DNA of 64,000 nt from Lama glama (Eukaryota), in the NCBI GenBank assembly GCA_028534125.1, contig CM052840.1, positions 29,450,001 to 29,514,000 of the forward strand. Reading direction: 5' to 3'. The notes below the pieces were generated by a model. That model was not told the origin of the DNA. It was given only the letters and a program-made list of their open reading frames with translations, and ran no database searches. This document shows, piece by piece, positions 24,201 to 36,818 of this stretch (within the stretch, counting starts at the first letter, position 1; each line of letters starts with the position of its first letter). Position numbers and translations under genes: made by a program.

Positions 24201-27200
24201 CGGGAGCTCTGCGAGCACCCTGCACGCGCTCGTCTGTGTGCACCGAGGCTGCAGCGACGTCAGAGGACGGTGTCTCTGCAGTCAGGCTGGTTCTGGTCCA
24301 GGCTTTGCTTACGTAACCCCTCCAGGCTTCCGCTTCCTCACTCTACAATGGGGATGGTAACTGGACCACCTCAGAGGGTCGTCATGGCAACGGACCCAGC
24401 CACAAACTGAAAGCCCTGAGAAGCGTGCCTGGCGCCGGAGGAGCTGGCCGAGTTAGCCGTACTAGTGTTACTAGTTTCACAACCAGAAGTCCCCCAGGGC
24501 CCCTTGCAATTGTCGCCCACACCTGGGCCCAGGCCCAGCCCCTGCCCACCCCCCTTTGCCAGCAGATGGTCCTGGGGGGGTGCTGTGAGAACTGTTTCCA
24601 TAACGACCACTGGGCTCCCAGCAGCTGCGACTTCATTGGAGCCGAGTGTCACGTGCAGGTTCCGGGCAGCATCACTGGAGGGCATTGCCAGGAGACCGTG
24701 GGGTGAGGTTTACCGGGCAGGAGAGCAGGGCTGTCAGGGAACCAGGGCCACGTCCCGCAGCCCCACAGCCCCCAGCCCTAGCCGACGCAGGCAGGCCATG
24801 ACCTGCAGGAGGCCAGCCCTCTGCACCCAGGTCTCTAAATGAGGGTAGGCAGACTGTGTTGAGAATCCGCTCTCTGACCCTAGAAGCTCACATTCAGAGG
24901 GAAAGGAGGCAGAATTCAGGGTGAGCAAACCAGCACCCCTCCAAACAGAGCTGAAGGCAGGCGCCCTCTCCAGGGCCCACAGCCCTGGACGCCGGCCGCC
25001 CTCGACCAGAGAGTCTCCCCAAGGCACACGGTGCCAGGTGTCAGGCAGTAGCCCCTGGAGCTTATGTGCTCACCCTCCAAGCTCTTCCAAAGCACAGGCT
25101 GCACTGGGCCGCTCCTCACTGCAGAGAGAGGCAGCCACTCCCCCCGGCAAGGGCCAGGCTGGTGACCCTGCTTCCTCCTCCTAAGGAGGTGTTGTGCCCT
25201 GGAACACCTTGGAGCAGCAGAAGTGACGGGGCGGGACTGAAGCCTGGTCCACTGTCCACGGGCAGCAAGCACTGCGTCTGCAGCTGCTGGAGCAGGAAGG
25301 CCAGTGGGTCTCTGGGAACTTCGGCCCTGCCTCTGGGCTTGTCGAGGGGAGCCCGTAGGTGTTGGGGCCACCCCCACACTGTCAGCGCCGGAAGCCAGCC
25401 TCTGCCCCCTCTCTCCAGAGCCGGCGGGCTCCCAGGATGGGTGCAGCAAACCTTTGTCTGTTCCCGAGGAGGATGGGGGTTGGGGAGGATGTCGGCACTG
25501 GGCCCCAGGAGCGCGGAGCCCGGAGAAGGGATGTGCTAAGCAGGACGCAGAGGCTGGGACCCACTGGGCGCCGCGCTCTGCAGCACTGCGGCAGTGGCTC
25601 CATGGCGCCTGAGGGCCTGCAGCACCCCCTGGTGGCCAGTCTCAGCAGCGAGCCCCTGGCGGGGTGTCCCCTGGGGAGCTGGAGGGGTGAAGCCTGGAGA
25701 AGGGGGAGTGGACTTTCCCAGGGAAGGGACAGTGCGCTTGTGCCAAGGGAGTAGACGGCCCAGGACACACTGCCCTGCAGCCTCGCGTCAGGAACTCAAG
25801 GCCCCGGTTCCGATGCACAGCCTGTGCCAGTGGCGGGCAGTGAGAGGGCCTGACTTCTCAACGTGACTGTCTGCATCACGTCACCCACGATGGGGGCTTG
25901 TGGTGGTGCAGATTCCTGGCCCGTCTCCAACCTGCTGCATCGTAATCTCTGGGGGCGACACCCGGGCACCTGTGTCTTCACACACTCTGGGGAGGAAAGA
26001 TGCCTGTACAGGCTTCAGCCAACCACAGAGCTGTACGACCCTGGGGTGCCGTCAGAGTGGATTGGGGCCTTGGGTATCCCATGCCCCAGCTCCCTTATTT
26101 TATCGACAGAGAAGCTGAAGCCCAGAGAGGGGAAGTAATTTACCCAAAGCCCCACAGCTAACTGGCCTGTGCCCTCAGGAAGGCCAAGCGAGAACCCGCA
26201 CCACCACCCGCGGCCCCCCTTCTCTCCTCCCCTGCCTCGCACCTCCTCTTGGCCCAGTGCCCAGGGGAGACACATACTGAGGGTCTCGGAGCCAAATCCT
26301 CTCTCTCAGTCAAAATCAAAGCTGTTGGTGATCTGGAGAGACCCTTGCCGCCGGTTTCAGGCCGGGGTGCCCCTTTGCGCCCCTCTCTCTGGCCCCAGAC
26401 TTGCTTCCCCTCCTGGTTTCCTTTTCCAGCCTCACACGTGCATGTGGCCAGTGCCTTGCTTCTGTCGTCCCGGCTCTTTCTGGGTGTTCTGCCCACACAG
26501 GAGGCAGTGGAGGGCCGCTGACCGCTGAGCTGCAGTGGGTCGCTGGCTAGTTGAGAAGGTTTGGGCTTCTCAGGGGCGAGGATGGGGACCCAGGAGCCCA
26601 CTGGGGAACAGGAGCACTTGACAGCGGGGATCATGGCACTTGTCACCCTGCAGGGCTCTGTGACAGCCGCCTCCCACAATATTGTGACTTAGTGGGCGGC
26701 GAACGGAATGATAGAACTAGTAACAGAAAACCTCCTCCGCCTGCACGCTCGTGGAAGTGGGGGGCGCTTGCCTGGAGGCCCGCCCGGCTCTTCCTGCAGC
26801 CTCTGGGGTCAGCAGGTGGTGAGGGAAGGGGTGGAGGAAGGGGCGGGGGCTGCAGGAGGGGTCACTGGGCTGTGCTCGAGGGCAGGGGAGGCTTGTGAGC
26901 TGGGTCCTCTGTCCCTTTCAGCCCGAGCCGCGCCTCGTGCAGGACTGAGCTTTCTGAGGCCCAGGCTGCTAGGAGCCCACCTACGGCAGGGTCACTGGCT
27001 GCAGGAGGCCGCACACCCCTTGCAGGGGGCCTCCGAGCCATGAGCGGAGACCTGGCGCGTGGGGGCACCCAAGGGCACCGAGGCGGGTGCAGGGCGCCCT
27101 CCCTGGCTGGGCCCGGAGCGGAGGAGCGGGGCGCTGCTCCAGGTACTGTTGGGGGACGGTGGCCCGCTGGTGGGGGCTGGAGGCCACTTCGTTAGAGAGA

Positions 27201-27359
27201 TGTCTGTGTTTGTGATGGCTTTTATTGGAATGGTGTGTGCCCTGTGTGCACTGGGACCCCAAAGTGGCAAACTCAGAATTCAGAGAAGACTGAGACGCCA
27301 CCTTGGGACCTAGTGGGGTCAGGAGAGGCGTTTTTCCTTTTGGGAGTCGCTGAGAGAGG

Positions 27360-27388
27360 GTGTGTGCGCGCGTGCGCGCGTGCGCGCG
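27360..27388. repeat. Alternating purine-pyrimidine (TG/CG) tract
   Basis: gtgtgtgcgcgcgtgcgcgcgtgcgcgcg, 29 nt of perfect alternation. Confidence 0.9.
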
Positions 27389-29730
27389 ATGCTTAGTCCC
27401 TCCCTCGGTGGACGCGTTCCGTACCACCTCAGACAGCTGGTTTACGCATGGTCACCTCTTCCGGTGAAGCCTCGGTGCCTCACGACCCTGGCGCACAGCG
27501 TGGAGGTGCCCAGCTGGTGGCGCTGGCCAGGCCCTTCCCTCCCGGGGCCTGAGCGACAAGCTGTTTCTCCCGTGGAGGCGGCTGCTTCCTTTAAGCTCTG
27601 AGACGCCGGGACTTGAGAATGCCCTGCCTCTTGAGCCACTTTCGCTGCTTCTGCAGGTTCCCAGCTGGTCCAGCCCCTCCTGACAGAAGCCAGCCTGGGA
27701 GCCAGACGCAAACACCGTCCCCTGTGGCCCCTGCCCTGGGCTGCGTTGCTGTGGTTCTGAAACGTTGGTGGAAGTAATTAAGATTTCAGCAGGCTGAGTG
27801 AGTTTTGCTTAATCTTCAGCCAGTAATTAAACCTGAACGGAACTTGGGGCCGTCTGACTGCTGGGCAGCGGGTCCCCGCGTACCTCCTCCCTGTGCCCGT
27901 GACCCTGTTGGGTGGGGTCCTTACCTTTCAGTGCAGGTTTCAGACTGAAGGCCCCAAAAGGGGTCTGAGGCCCAGCGCTTCCCACGGCTGAGACCAGGGT
28001 CGGTCGCAGGGACAGGGGCTGAAGACGTCACATCACTGCGGGGCAGGGGGAGTCAGGCCAGTGACCCCTCCACGTGGAAGGGCCTCCCCGCCAGAACGAG
28101 GTCCCAGCAGACGTGGAGCCCACCTGAGGCAGGGTCCCCTCAGATGAAAGAGCTGGGCAGCTGGCTCTGGTCCCATCCTTCCGAGGGCGCCCGCTGCCCA
28201 CCCACCCGCTCTGCGCCTTCTGAAAAAGGAGGGCTGCCTGGTGCCGGAGCACTGACCGTGCGCCAAGCATGGTGACTCGGCTCTTTGATCCGCACGGCAA
28301 CCCCCGCTACCTCCTCCTTCAGCAGAGGGGAAGCTGCGCAAACCGAGATGCCGCATGCCAGGCCCGCCGAGCAGAAGGGCAGCGCCAGCACCTGCACGTG
28401 GCCTTCCCGCCCCGGGTGCTGTGTCCTCGCTGCTGCTCCGCCCATCCCCACGGCCGCCAGGTCTCTGTCTCTTGGTTGGCAAGTTCTCGGTCTTGCCTTC
28501 CTGGGAGGCCTGTCCCCCCAGCTCTGACTTCAGAGCAGAAAGGACCCTGTTCACCAGCGCCCGCCCAGTGCACTGCCCTCTCCAGCTTCACTCACCCCGA
28601 GCATCCTCAGTCTTCTCCCACACCTGCAGCGGGAGACACGTCCCCTAACCCTGTCCGTGCACACAGATGGCGCGAGTGTGATTCTCACGTGAGGCTTCCA
28701 CGGACTGGACTGGCTGGGCCCCGGGTAGGTGTGTGTCCTAGGCACTGAGCTGTAGTGGGAAGAACAGAGCTTAGGGGTCACGCAGACGTGGGAGGCGCCT
28801 CTTCTCGTGCCCGCATTGTTTGTGTACGTGTGTGCGTGCGTGCACCTGGTGTCAGGTCTCCCCGACAGCCGTCCATAGCCAGCAGGCTCATGGCGGAGGC
28901 AGCATGCTCTGGGGCCTCCTGTAAGAAGCACCGCCCCTCCTGCAGTGCCGCAGTGCATGCGGGGAGGATGCTGTTTGTGGCGACTTGCGTTGCCACGGTG
29001 ACAGCTGGGTTAGGGGAGACTTTTGCCTGGGGAGCACACACATCCTCCCCGGCTGCTCCATTTGCAGGGCAAGGCTTGGAGACACAGCCAGGACAAACTC
29101 GTGTTCCACCCCATCCGTCTCCCCTGAAGGCCTCCCTGTCAGCCCTGCTTCTCTCTCACGCACACGCACACGCACGCGCATCCCTCTTGCACCTGGACCA
29201 GACCCTGCTCTGCAGGAGCTGAGAAGCAGGGACACCAGGCCCCCAGCCATGGGGAGAGGAGTGAGGGCCCGGGCGGCAGCTGAGTCAGCCCCCCAGCGTG
29301 GGAGGGAGGGCGGTGCTGCTGGCCTCAGAGGTGGGGGGTGAGTTCTTTTGCAAATGCAACTTATTCATATTTTAAGCTAAACAACGTAAAGACTGGCTTC
29401 TGGGATTAGGGGTGTGAGTGCCAAGTTGTCCCGCTTCCCCTGCACGGGGTCTGGGGCCCTGGCGCCTGGGAGGCCTTTCCTCGCTTGCCTGTCAGCCCTC
29501 TTCTCCTGGGGCTCGCGGCACCCCCGGGGGCGGGCCTGTCACCTGAGGATCTGGACACAGCCAGACTTCTCAGGGGCCCTCACCACCATCCTCATCTGGG
29601 CCGAGCCTTCCAGGAGCGGGGACATGCCCAAGATGGCCACCAGGGGGCGCTGCCGGGGCACAGCGGGAGCCGTGGGGTGGCTTCTGCAGAACAATCCAGA
29701 CCTGGGGCAGAGAACAGAGCCAGCCCCCCC

Positions 29731-29796
29731 GCTCTGCCTCGCTCTGTCCCCGCTCTGTCTGCAGCTCTGTCCCCGCTCTGTCCCTGTTCTGTCTCC
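29731..29796 (+). repeat. Short imperfect minisatellite, about 11-nt unit gctctgtcccc
   Basis: gctctgcctc gctctgtcccc gctctgtctgca gctctgtcccc gctctgtccct gttctgtctcc. Confidence 0.8.
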
Positions 29797-31869
29797 ACTG
29801 TCCAGCCTCCTTCTCAGCATGCCCACTGCATCTGGGGGCAGCAGCCACATGTCTTTCATTAACAAGTCCCTGCACCTCCAGTCGGTTGCCCCTGGCCCTG
29901 GACCTCAGCCTCCTGTCCTCCTGTCCTTCCAGTGACCCCGCTGGACCGTCACTAACAAGGATTCTTCTGGCCCTGATTTGGGGCAAGTCTGAAGACTTTG
30001 GGGTGGTCCTGCCCTGCTCTGCTGGGGCGAGGGTGGAGGTCTCTGACAGTCAGGTTGTAGGGAAAAGGGCACCGTGACTGGTGCTGTGAGAAGAAGGAGG
30101 GTCTTTTCCTGTCACTACTAGAGCGTTAAGATCCGGGTCCTAGATCCCCCGGGTCCCAGGGCCTGGAGCATCAGGAACAGAGAGGCCCACCCTGGGCTGG
30201 CCACCACGTGGGATCGACATCTTCCTAATGGGACACGCCTGCGTCCACTCTTCCTTAATGCACTTTTATTGTGGTCACACAGCAGAGAGCGTCCTCGGAA
30301 CGCTCCCTGAGCGCCTCCCACGGCCCTCACTGAGCACGCCACCGGGCAGAGATGCCCTGAGAGATCAGAAGGCATGCGCGCTTCCTCCTGGGATCGGCTC
30401 TGCTCTGCGCTGCAGGCAGGCGTGTGACCCTGGGGCGGCGCGCTTCACCCTCCGAGTCTGTGAAATGGGGCAGCAGTACAGAATGCTGTGAGGGTCCAGC
30501 GGGGGAGGGGGGCACACGCGGACTCTGAGTCACTCCTGGTCCCCTCCCCCTCGGGGCTGCCCACCCCTGGAGTCATGCCTGCCTTTTCCCTCATTTCTGC
30601 CAAACCCGAGGAAAGCATTGCCCTGGCCCAGAAACCCACATCTTGGAACCGTGTGCTTGGGCCCCTGTGGGCATTCTAGAGCCCAGCATTAAAAACACAT
30701 TACACTTCGTGACCCTGTCTGTTTTCCATGCCAGGCCATCATTGCCACCACCGAGCAGCTCACGAGGTGACCCCTGCCAGGATAAACAGGCGTTGGCAGC
30801 CGCGGGGTGACGCACAGAGGCCTGCCCTCGTCCCTGCCAGCCTCCGGCCAGGCCCCCACCCCGCCCCCACGTGCACAGCCTCTTCCAGGCCCCCGGGAGC
30901 GGGAGTGGAAGGGCTGGGCTGGGCTGAGTGTGGAGCTGGTTCTCAGAAAAGGTGCCTCCGAGGCTCTGGAAGGGCCATGCCACCTGGCTACTCACCGCCC
31001 TCCCCAGCCTCCTGCACTGACAAGACAGAGCAGCCGCCTGCCAGCTGCCCTGAGCTCAGTCCTGGGGGAAAAATACCTCGTAAGGGACCCACAAACGTCC
31101 CCTTCAGCAGCTGGAAGAGCCTCGCGCTCCTGCCGAGCCTGGGTGGGGAGGCCCATGGGCTTTGGGAGGACTACAGGGGTCTGGACAGAGCAGGTGGGGT
31201 GGGTAGCCTGGAGGGTCCGAGCTCCTGGGCCTTCTCCGTTGCTTTGCCGCCATGCCTCTGTGGGTCCCTGACTCTCCAGTACGTTGTCTGTCAGGGAGAC
31301 ACTGGGGGACTTGCTTCCATTCAGTGATTGGGTCCCAAGGTCAAGGATGAGCCGTAGGGCAGGGATGACTGTGGTATCTGCTCAAATCGTGTCTTATAAA
31401 GATTCCCTTAATGGACTGATGGAAGGAGGAGGTTCTTGAGTCCCTTCCTGCTCGGGTACCTCTGTTTTCTGGTTGCGCTCACCCTGGACAGGAGAGGGGA
31501 TAGATCTCTGTCTGCTGGCATTGACTCTCACCTGCGCGGGCTCATCCCCTCCCTGGAAACCAAGACCAGGAGCATAGGCTTCTAGGGTGGGGGCTGGACC
31601 CACCTGTCCTCACCCAGGATCGCACCTGTGGCACAAGGTCTCCTTGCTCAGCCCTTGCTCCAGAGGGTGGCTGCTCACTGCCCCCTCCCCACCAGCATTT
31701 GGGGGGCTCTGGCTGAACTCTCTCCGCTGGATGCCCCCAGCAACTGCCAAAGCTCCCAGTCAGTGCCCGGGGCCCAGGGAGGGTGGAGACTGACGCTGGC
31801 TCGTGCTGGCTCCCAGAGCCCACCCTTCCCGCCTCTCCTGGAGTCTGGCGTCACGCTGCTAGCCTGACA

Positions 31870-31972
31870 GCAGCCGTGCAGGGTATTTGCACCCCAAAGC
31901 TGGCAAACACGACAAATTTGGGTCTCCCCACCTCCAACAGCCAGTGGTTAAACGTTTACCAACACATCACCG
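31870..31972. mobile_element. Probable hAT-type DNA transposon terminal fragment
   Basis: ccagtggttaaacgtttaccaacacatcaccg resembles recalled hAT-Tip100-like ends. Confidence 0.4.
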
Positions 31973-32263
31973 GCGGCGTTTCGGGCAGACATGCCGGCTG
32001 CCCCCAGCCCCGGGAGCCTGGCCGGGCCCCTGCTGGGAGGAGCACAGCCCCTGCACGAAGCCAGGCACAGGTGGTCTTTTGGGGCCACGGGGGTGCACGG
32101 ACACCGAAGGCCCCTTCCAGGGCTGGGACGTCAAGGGGCTCAGGATGGCCTGAGAGGCAGACAGCACGTCCCAGGGACTGGCCTCCTGGGGTAGGGTCAC
32201 CTTCCACATCCCCGATCACCAGGAGGCAAATCCTTGTCATTCACCCAGCTCTTCTCCCTCCAG

Positions 32264-32366
32264 ACCCCGAGTCACAGAGAAAGAGGACGGTGCAGAATGT
32301 GCTGGATCTCCGGCAAAACCTGGAAGAGACCATGTGCAGCCTGCGAGGGTCCCAGGTGACTCACAG
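32264..32366 (+). CDS. NAV1: NAV1 coding exon (exon 2 of the long isoform), 103 nt, phase 1 in and phase 2 out
   Basis: Acceptor cttctccctccag| at 32263 and donor CAG|gtaaga at 32367. Translates (D)PESQRKRTVQNVLDLRQNLEETMCSLRGSQVTH(S), matching recalled NAV1 sequence. Confidence 0.96.
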
Positions 32367-35300
32367 GTAAGAGCCCTTCCCTGACCGTGGAGGGCAGGGC
32401 CCTGTGACCTTGGCCCAGGCCTACATCCTCAGCCCCTGGGGTCAGAGCTGCGGGAGCCAGGGCTCGGCCACGTCCACGGGAGAAGTGTGGCCTTGCCTGG
32501 TGTCTGCTTCTGCTCGAGAGTTACATTTCATTTAATTCAGTTGGAAAATCACTAGGCAGAAGCGGGGGAGGAGGGGCGGGGAGCAGACACCAGCACAGGG
32601 CTCAGTGTGTGATCCCCTGTGTCCGCTTCCCACCTGTGGTGCCAGTCTCCACGTGGTCACACGGCATCATTAATTCCCTTTGTCCTCCAGTTCTGAGCTC
32701 CCAGCGTTCTGGACTCCAGGGTCGGGCCCTTCCCGACATCCGGGGTCCTTCCTCCTCCTCCCACCCGGGGCCAGCACAGCGGGGGCCCCTCCACCTGCCC
32801 TTGGCGAGGCCTCGCAGCCGAGGGCCGCGCGGGGCACTCGCCTCTCCTGCACCGGCGTCCTGGCCGCGGGCGCTGCCGTGACTCAGACTTTCCCCTCTGG
32901 CTCCTCGGGCTGCCCAGATGAGCTCATGCCTCAGCTCCAAGGGGGACAGAGGGCCGGGCTCCACCCTGGGGGTAGCGAGGGAGGGAGCCAACAGCCAGGA
33001 TTGAGACATCGGGGTGGGGGGACGTGGAGCAGGAGGGTTGAGAGAGGGATGGGCAGCCTCTCCAGCTGGACTGGAAGCAGGTTCCTCCCCGTCTCCTAGA
33101 GTTGGAAAATGAGAGCAAAGCTGGGACACAGAGGGACGGAAAGAGGGCTTTCTTTAGCCCAAGTGTGTGGCCATGTGAAATCCAGACTAAAGCTGCATGC
33201 CTCCAGTGACAGAGAACTCATCACCCCTCAGCCGTCCCCATCCTCGTGGGGCTGCCACTGCTGTGAAACGGAGCAGAAGCCGGCTTCAGTAGCACCCACC
33301 CACTGGCCGCGGTCCTCCTGCAAAGACCTCTTCTCCCCCTGTCCACCGCTCCTCTCCCAGCCCCTGTCCCACCCTCCACCTGGGACACTGCGCTCTGCTC
33401 CCAGACATCCAAACACTTCAAACGATAAAGCAAAGCGTCTTCCTTCTGAGGTCACCTCTGCTCAGGCCAGCAGGACCACGGTTGAGAGGGATGTGATCAG
33501 AGCGGTCTGGAGAAAAGTGGACGGTGGTGCTCCAGGAGGCCCTGGGGCTCGGGTCCCTTTACATGTGTCTCCAGCCTCCATCCCTCACGGCCCCGAGCAG
33601 GAGCCTCAGTGGGGTGGGGTCTGGCTCGGCTCACCGTTTTAGGGGCCCCATGGATGACATCTTGAACATCCTTCCCCCAGGCAGGGAAGTTGCTGCAGCG
33701 GGCTTAGCGCCAAATCACCAGCCAGCCCCAGACCAGAGAGGATGGCAAGTGCTTTGTCCCTGCGGGGGTCACACCCCAGATGACTCGCCCACTGGGGAAG
33801 GGCAGAAGCGGGGCTCCCGCCTCCTGTTCCCCTGACTCTGAGCCCCCGGCCCCCCAATTAAGACAGCTTGACCCCGGGCAGGCTCTGCTGCTTTCTGGGA
33901 GGTTGGAGCCGGAGGAGGGAAGCCAGAAACCTTTTGCACCAAGTCGTCTGGTCTTGGGGGAAGGCCTTGGGCCTCTGGCTTCTGTCTCCCTTTATGGGGA
34001 AGAAACCGAGAGCCCTGAGCTGGTTTTTCTGTTTACTGTGGACCCAGAGCCACTTCCTCTCTTAGCCTTTGGTTTATATTACCCTGGTCCACACTTCGAT
34101 AGCCCAAACAATGATTCCCTGAACTTTTATGGCCCTTTTACTTATTGAAGTGCTTTCCATCCATCAGCCCTGGCCTCAGCCCTGGGGTGGACAGGGTACA
34201 TACACATCCCCTGGGTTTGAGAAGGAGCAGCGAGAGGCTGGGAGAAGGGGTCCCGCTGCAGAGTCACACAGGCCGATCAGGGTGGCGTCTGCGTCCAGCG
34301 AGCTGAGAGCCCAGCCGGCTGTGCACAGGCGCAGTGCAGGGCACCCGCCCTGAGGACGGACGCAGGCTGTCCCTGAGGGGGTTACCGACCAGTGAGTGCC
34401 TCCAGCAAGGTCATTTTCACCCTGGAACTTGGAGACTAACTGTAGATTCAGTTCCTTTTCCGAAACCTTCCCTCCTGGCCCACTTCCTCTGTTTCTCCTG
34501 GCTCATTTCCCCAGCACGGAGAGCGTCTGGGTCAGGGGCTGGGGCTGGAGGGGAAATGAAACTCTGCCCTCCCCCCTGCGCCAGGCCCACCATGCCCTCC
34601 ACCCCAAAAACTCCTCCCCAGAGAGAAGCAAGACCACAGGGCTGGATCCAGGACTAGAAATCAAGGACGAACTTTGAGCTAGAATCTTCCGCCACCCGCC
34701 GAGAGATGCTTGGAGATGTGTTTGGGGACAAGAAGGAACAGTGAGGAGGAGGAGGAAGAGGCACTTGTGGTGTGATGAGTCCAACAGGCTGCCCGCCAGG
34801 GACGGGGCCCGCCAGGGACAGGGACAGGGACAGGGTCTGGACACTCGGCCCCACAGTCTACGTGCATTTTCTTACAGGAACTGCCCCCCTGGACTCTCCG
34901 TTGTCCTGCCCCCCGGTCGTCACCATCCTCCTCCTTCTGCTCCCTGCCTCCCTGTTTGTTGAGCACTTACTGCTCGAGGCCCGGTGCTGACTCTCATAAC
35001 TCAGCATGCCCTGCTCATGCGTCATGGCTTCTCACCCTCCATGCGTTCTCGGCCACCGAGCCCTTGCCAGGCCCAGAGCAGAGTGGTGACACGCAGTGGT
35101 GCGCGAGGCAGGTCGGCCCACAGGACCACGGTCTCTCCTTCAGGGAGCTGCCTTCTGTCTTAGGTCTTCTGCAGGGACGAGCCTCATGGTCCACGAGGGT
35201 CAGAGGCAGTGGTCACTAACTGCTCTGCCCAGCCAGGGTCCCCTGCCCATCCACAGGACTTCTGCAGGGACCACCATCAGGCTCAGGGCCCACTCTGCTC

Positions 35301-36455
35301 CCTCCAGTTTAGAAATAGAAAAATCAGTGTCCCACCCCCGTCCAACCCCACAGAGTGGCTAAGAAGCAGGTGTGTGCGCGGAGTGAAGGTTCCTGGGCTT
35401 TGGGTAACTCAAGTTGCTTTCACCGTCCAGCGCTCTCGGTCCACAGGTCCCGTTTCGTTTCCTAGACCTGTGGCTTCACTTAGGCCAAGCCACTGAGCCC
35501 CTCCCTGTGGTTGGTGGGCAGGAGCACCGTAGGCTGGGTGGTGCTATGGGTCTGTGAACCCAAATCCAGGCCACCGGTCCAAGCAGATCCCAGCTATGCT
35601 TTCTCTCTGCAGCACCTTGGCCCCCACGGGAGAAAGGCATCTCCTTCCACAGCCCCCCGGTGCCCTGGGCTCAGGCCATCTAGGCTGCTTCTTCCACCTG
35701 GCCCAGCGGGGCCTGGGACTGGGCACCCTGGAAGTCCTGGCCTTCACCCCGTCCGTCCGTTTCCCTGTGTTCTCTCCTGTCCGGCTTGGGCTGCTCTGTC
35801 CTCTGGTGAGGTTCTGCTGCCTCTGATGCCCTCACCTTGGGCCAGTCGTGCTGGGGACATCTCAGGTTCCTAAAGCTTGTTCTGTACGCTGTGCACCCTA
35901 CTCCTGGCTCTGCCGTCTCTGGTTTGGGAGCAGTTCACCCTGAGCTTGGAAACAGAAAAGAGGTACCTGAGCAAAGGGAGTGATCCAGGCCTCCCACGCT
36001 CAGGCGACCCCCACCCCAGGTCTCTCTTCCTGTTTTCTGAGCACCTTCCGTAGAGCAGGCACCGTGTTAGGTCTTTGCACGTGTGACCCTTACCCGTTCA
36101 CAGAGGACGAAGCAGCTGCTATGCCCACTTTGCAGAGGAGGAGGTGGAGGCCTGGCGAGGCTGATGCGTTTCCTCTGGTGGCTGACTAGTCAGTGGTGGG
36201 GAAGGGTTCCAGCCCAGGTCGTGCCGCAAACCCTGTGCCCGCGGCCGTGTGCAGGACTCCTGCCCCAGCACTCACCGTCCTCTTCCTCCGACAGTCCGAG
36301 CTGGCTCACGGCAGGGGCCGCACACACCGCGAGAGGCCCGCTGGAGGCCCGGGCGCTGGGGCGGCGCACAGAGGCGGGAGGGCGTGAGAGTGGACGCGGG
36401 ACAGGCTCAGAGCGGCCGGGCTGCAGAGTAACCGGTGCCCTTCCGCCCCGCCCAG

Positions 36456-36818
36456 CTCCCTGGAGATGGCCTGCTATGACAGTGACGACGCCAACCCTCG
36501 CAGCGTGTCCAGCCTGTCCAACCGCTCGTCGCCCCTGTCCTGGCGCTACGGCCAGTCCAGCCCGCGGCTGCAGGCGGGCGACGCGCCGTCGGTGGGCGGC
36601 GGCCGCTCGGAGGGGCCGCCCGCCTGGTACGCGCACGGGGAGCGAGCGCACTACTCGCACACCATGCCCATGCGCTCCCCCAGCAAGCTCGGCCACATCT
36701 CGCGCCTGGAGCTCGTCGAGTCCCTGGACTCGGACGACGTGGACCTCAAGTCCGGCTACATGAGCGACAGTGACCTCATGGGGAAGACCATGACGGAGGA
36801 CGACGACATCACCACCGG
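36456..36818 (+). CDS. NAV1: NAV1 coding exon (exon 3 of the long isoform), 363 nt, phase 2 to phase 2
   Basis: Acceptor cccttccgccccgcccag| at 36455 and donor GG|gtaggg at 36819. In frame with exon 2 (AG+C = Ser). Translates SLEMACYDSDDANPRSVSSLSNRSSPLSWRYGQSSPRLQAGDAPS...KSGYMSDSDLMGKTMTEDDDITTG, with the SPRLQAGDAPS and GYMSD motifs typical of the NAV family. Confidence 0.97.

Noticed and set aside
31783-32263. Upstream extension of the ORF containing exon 2 (METDAG...)
   Set aside because: Intronic sequence ahead of a clear acceptor at 32263; no similarity to NAV proteins and partly a transposon relic.
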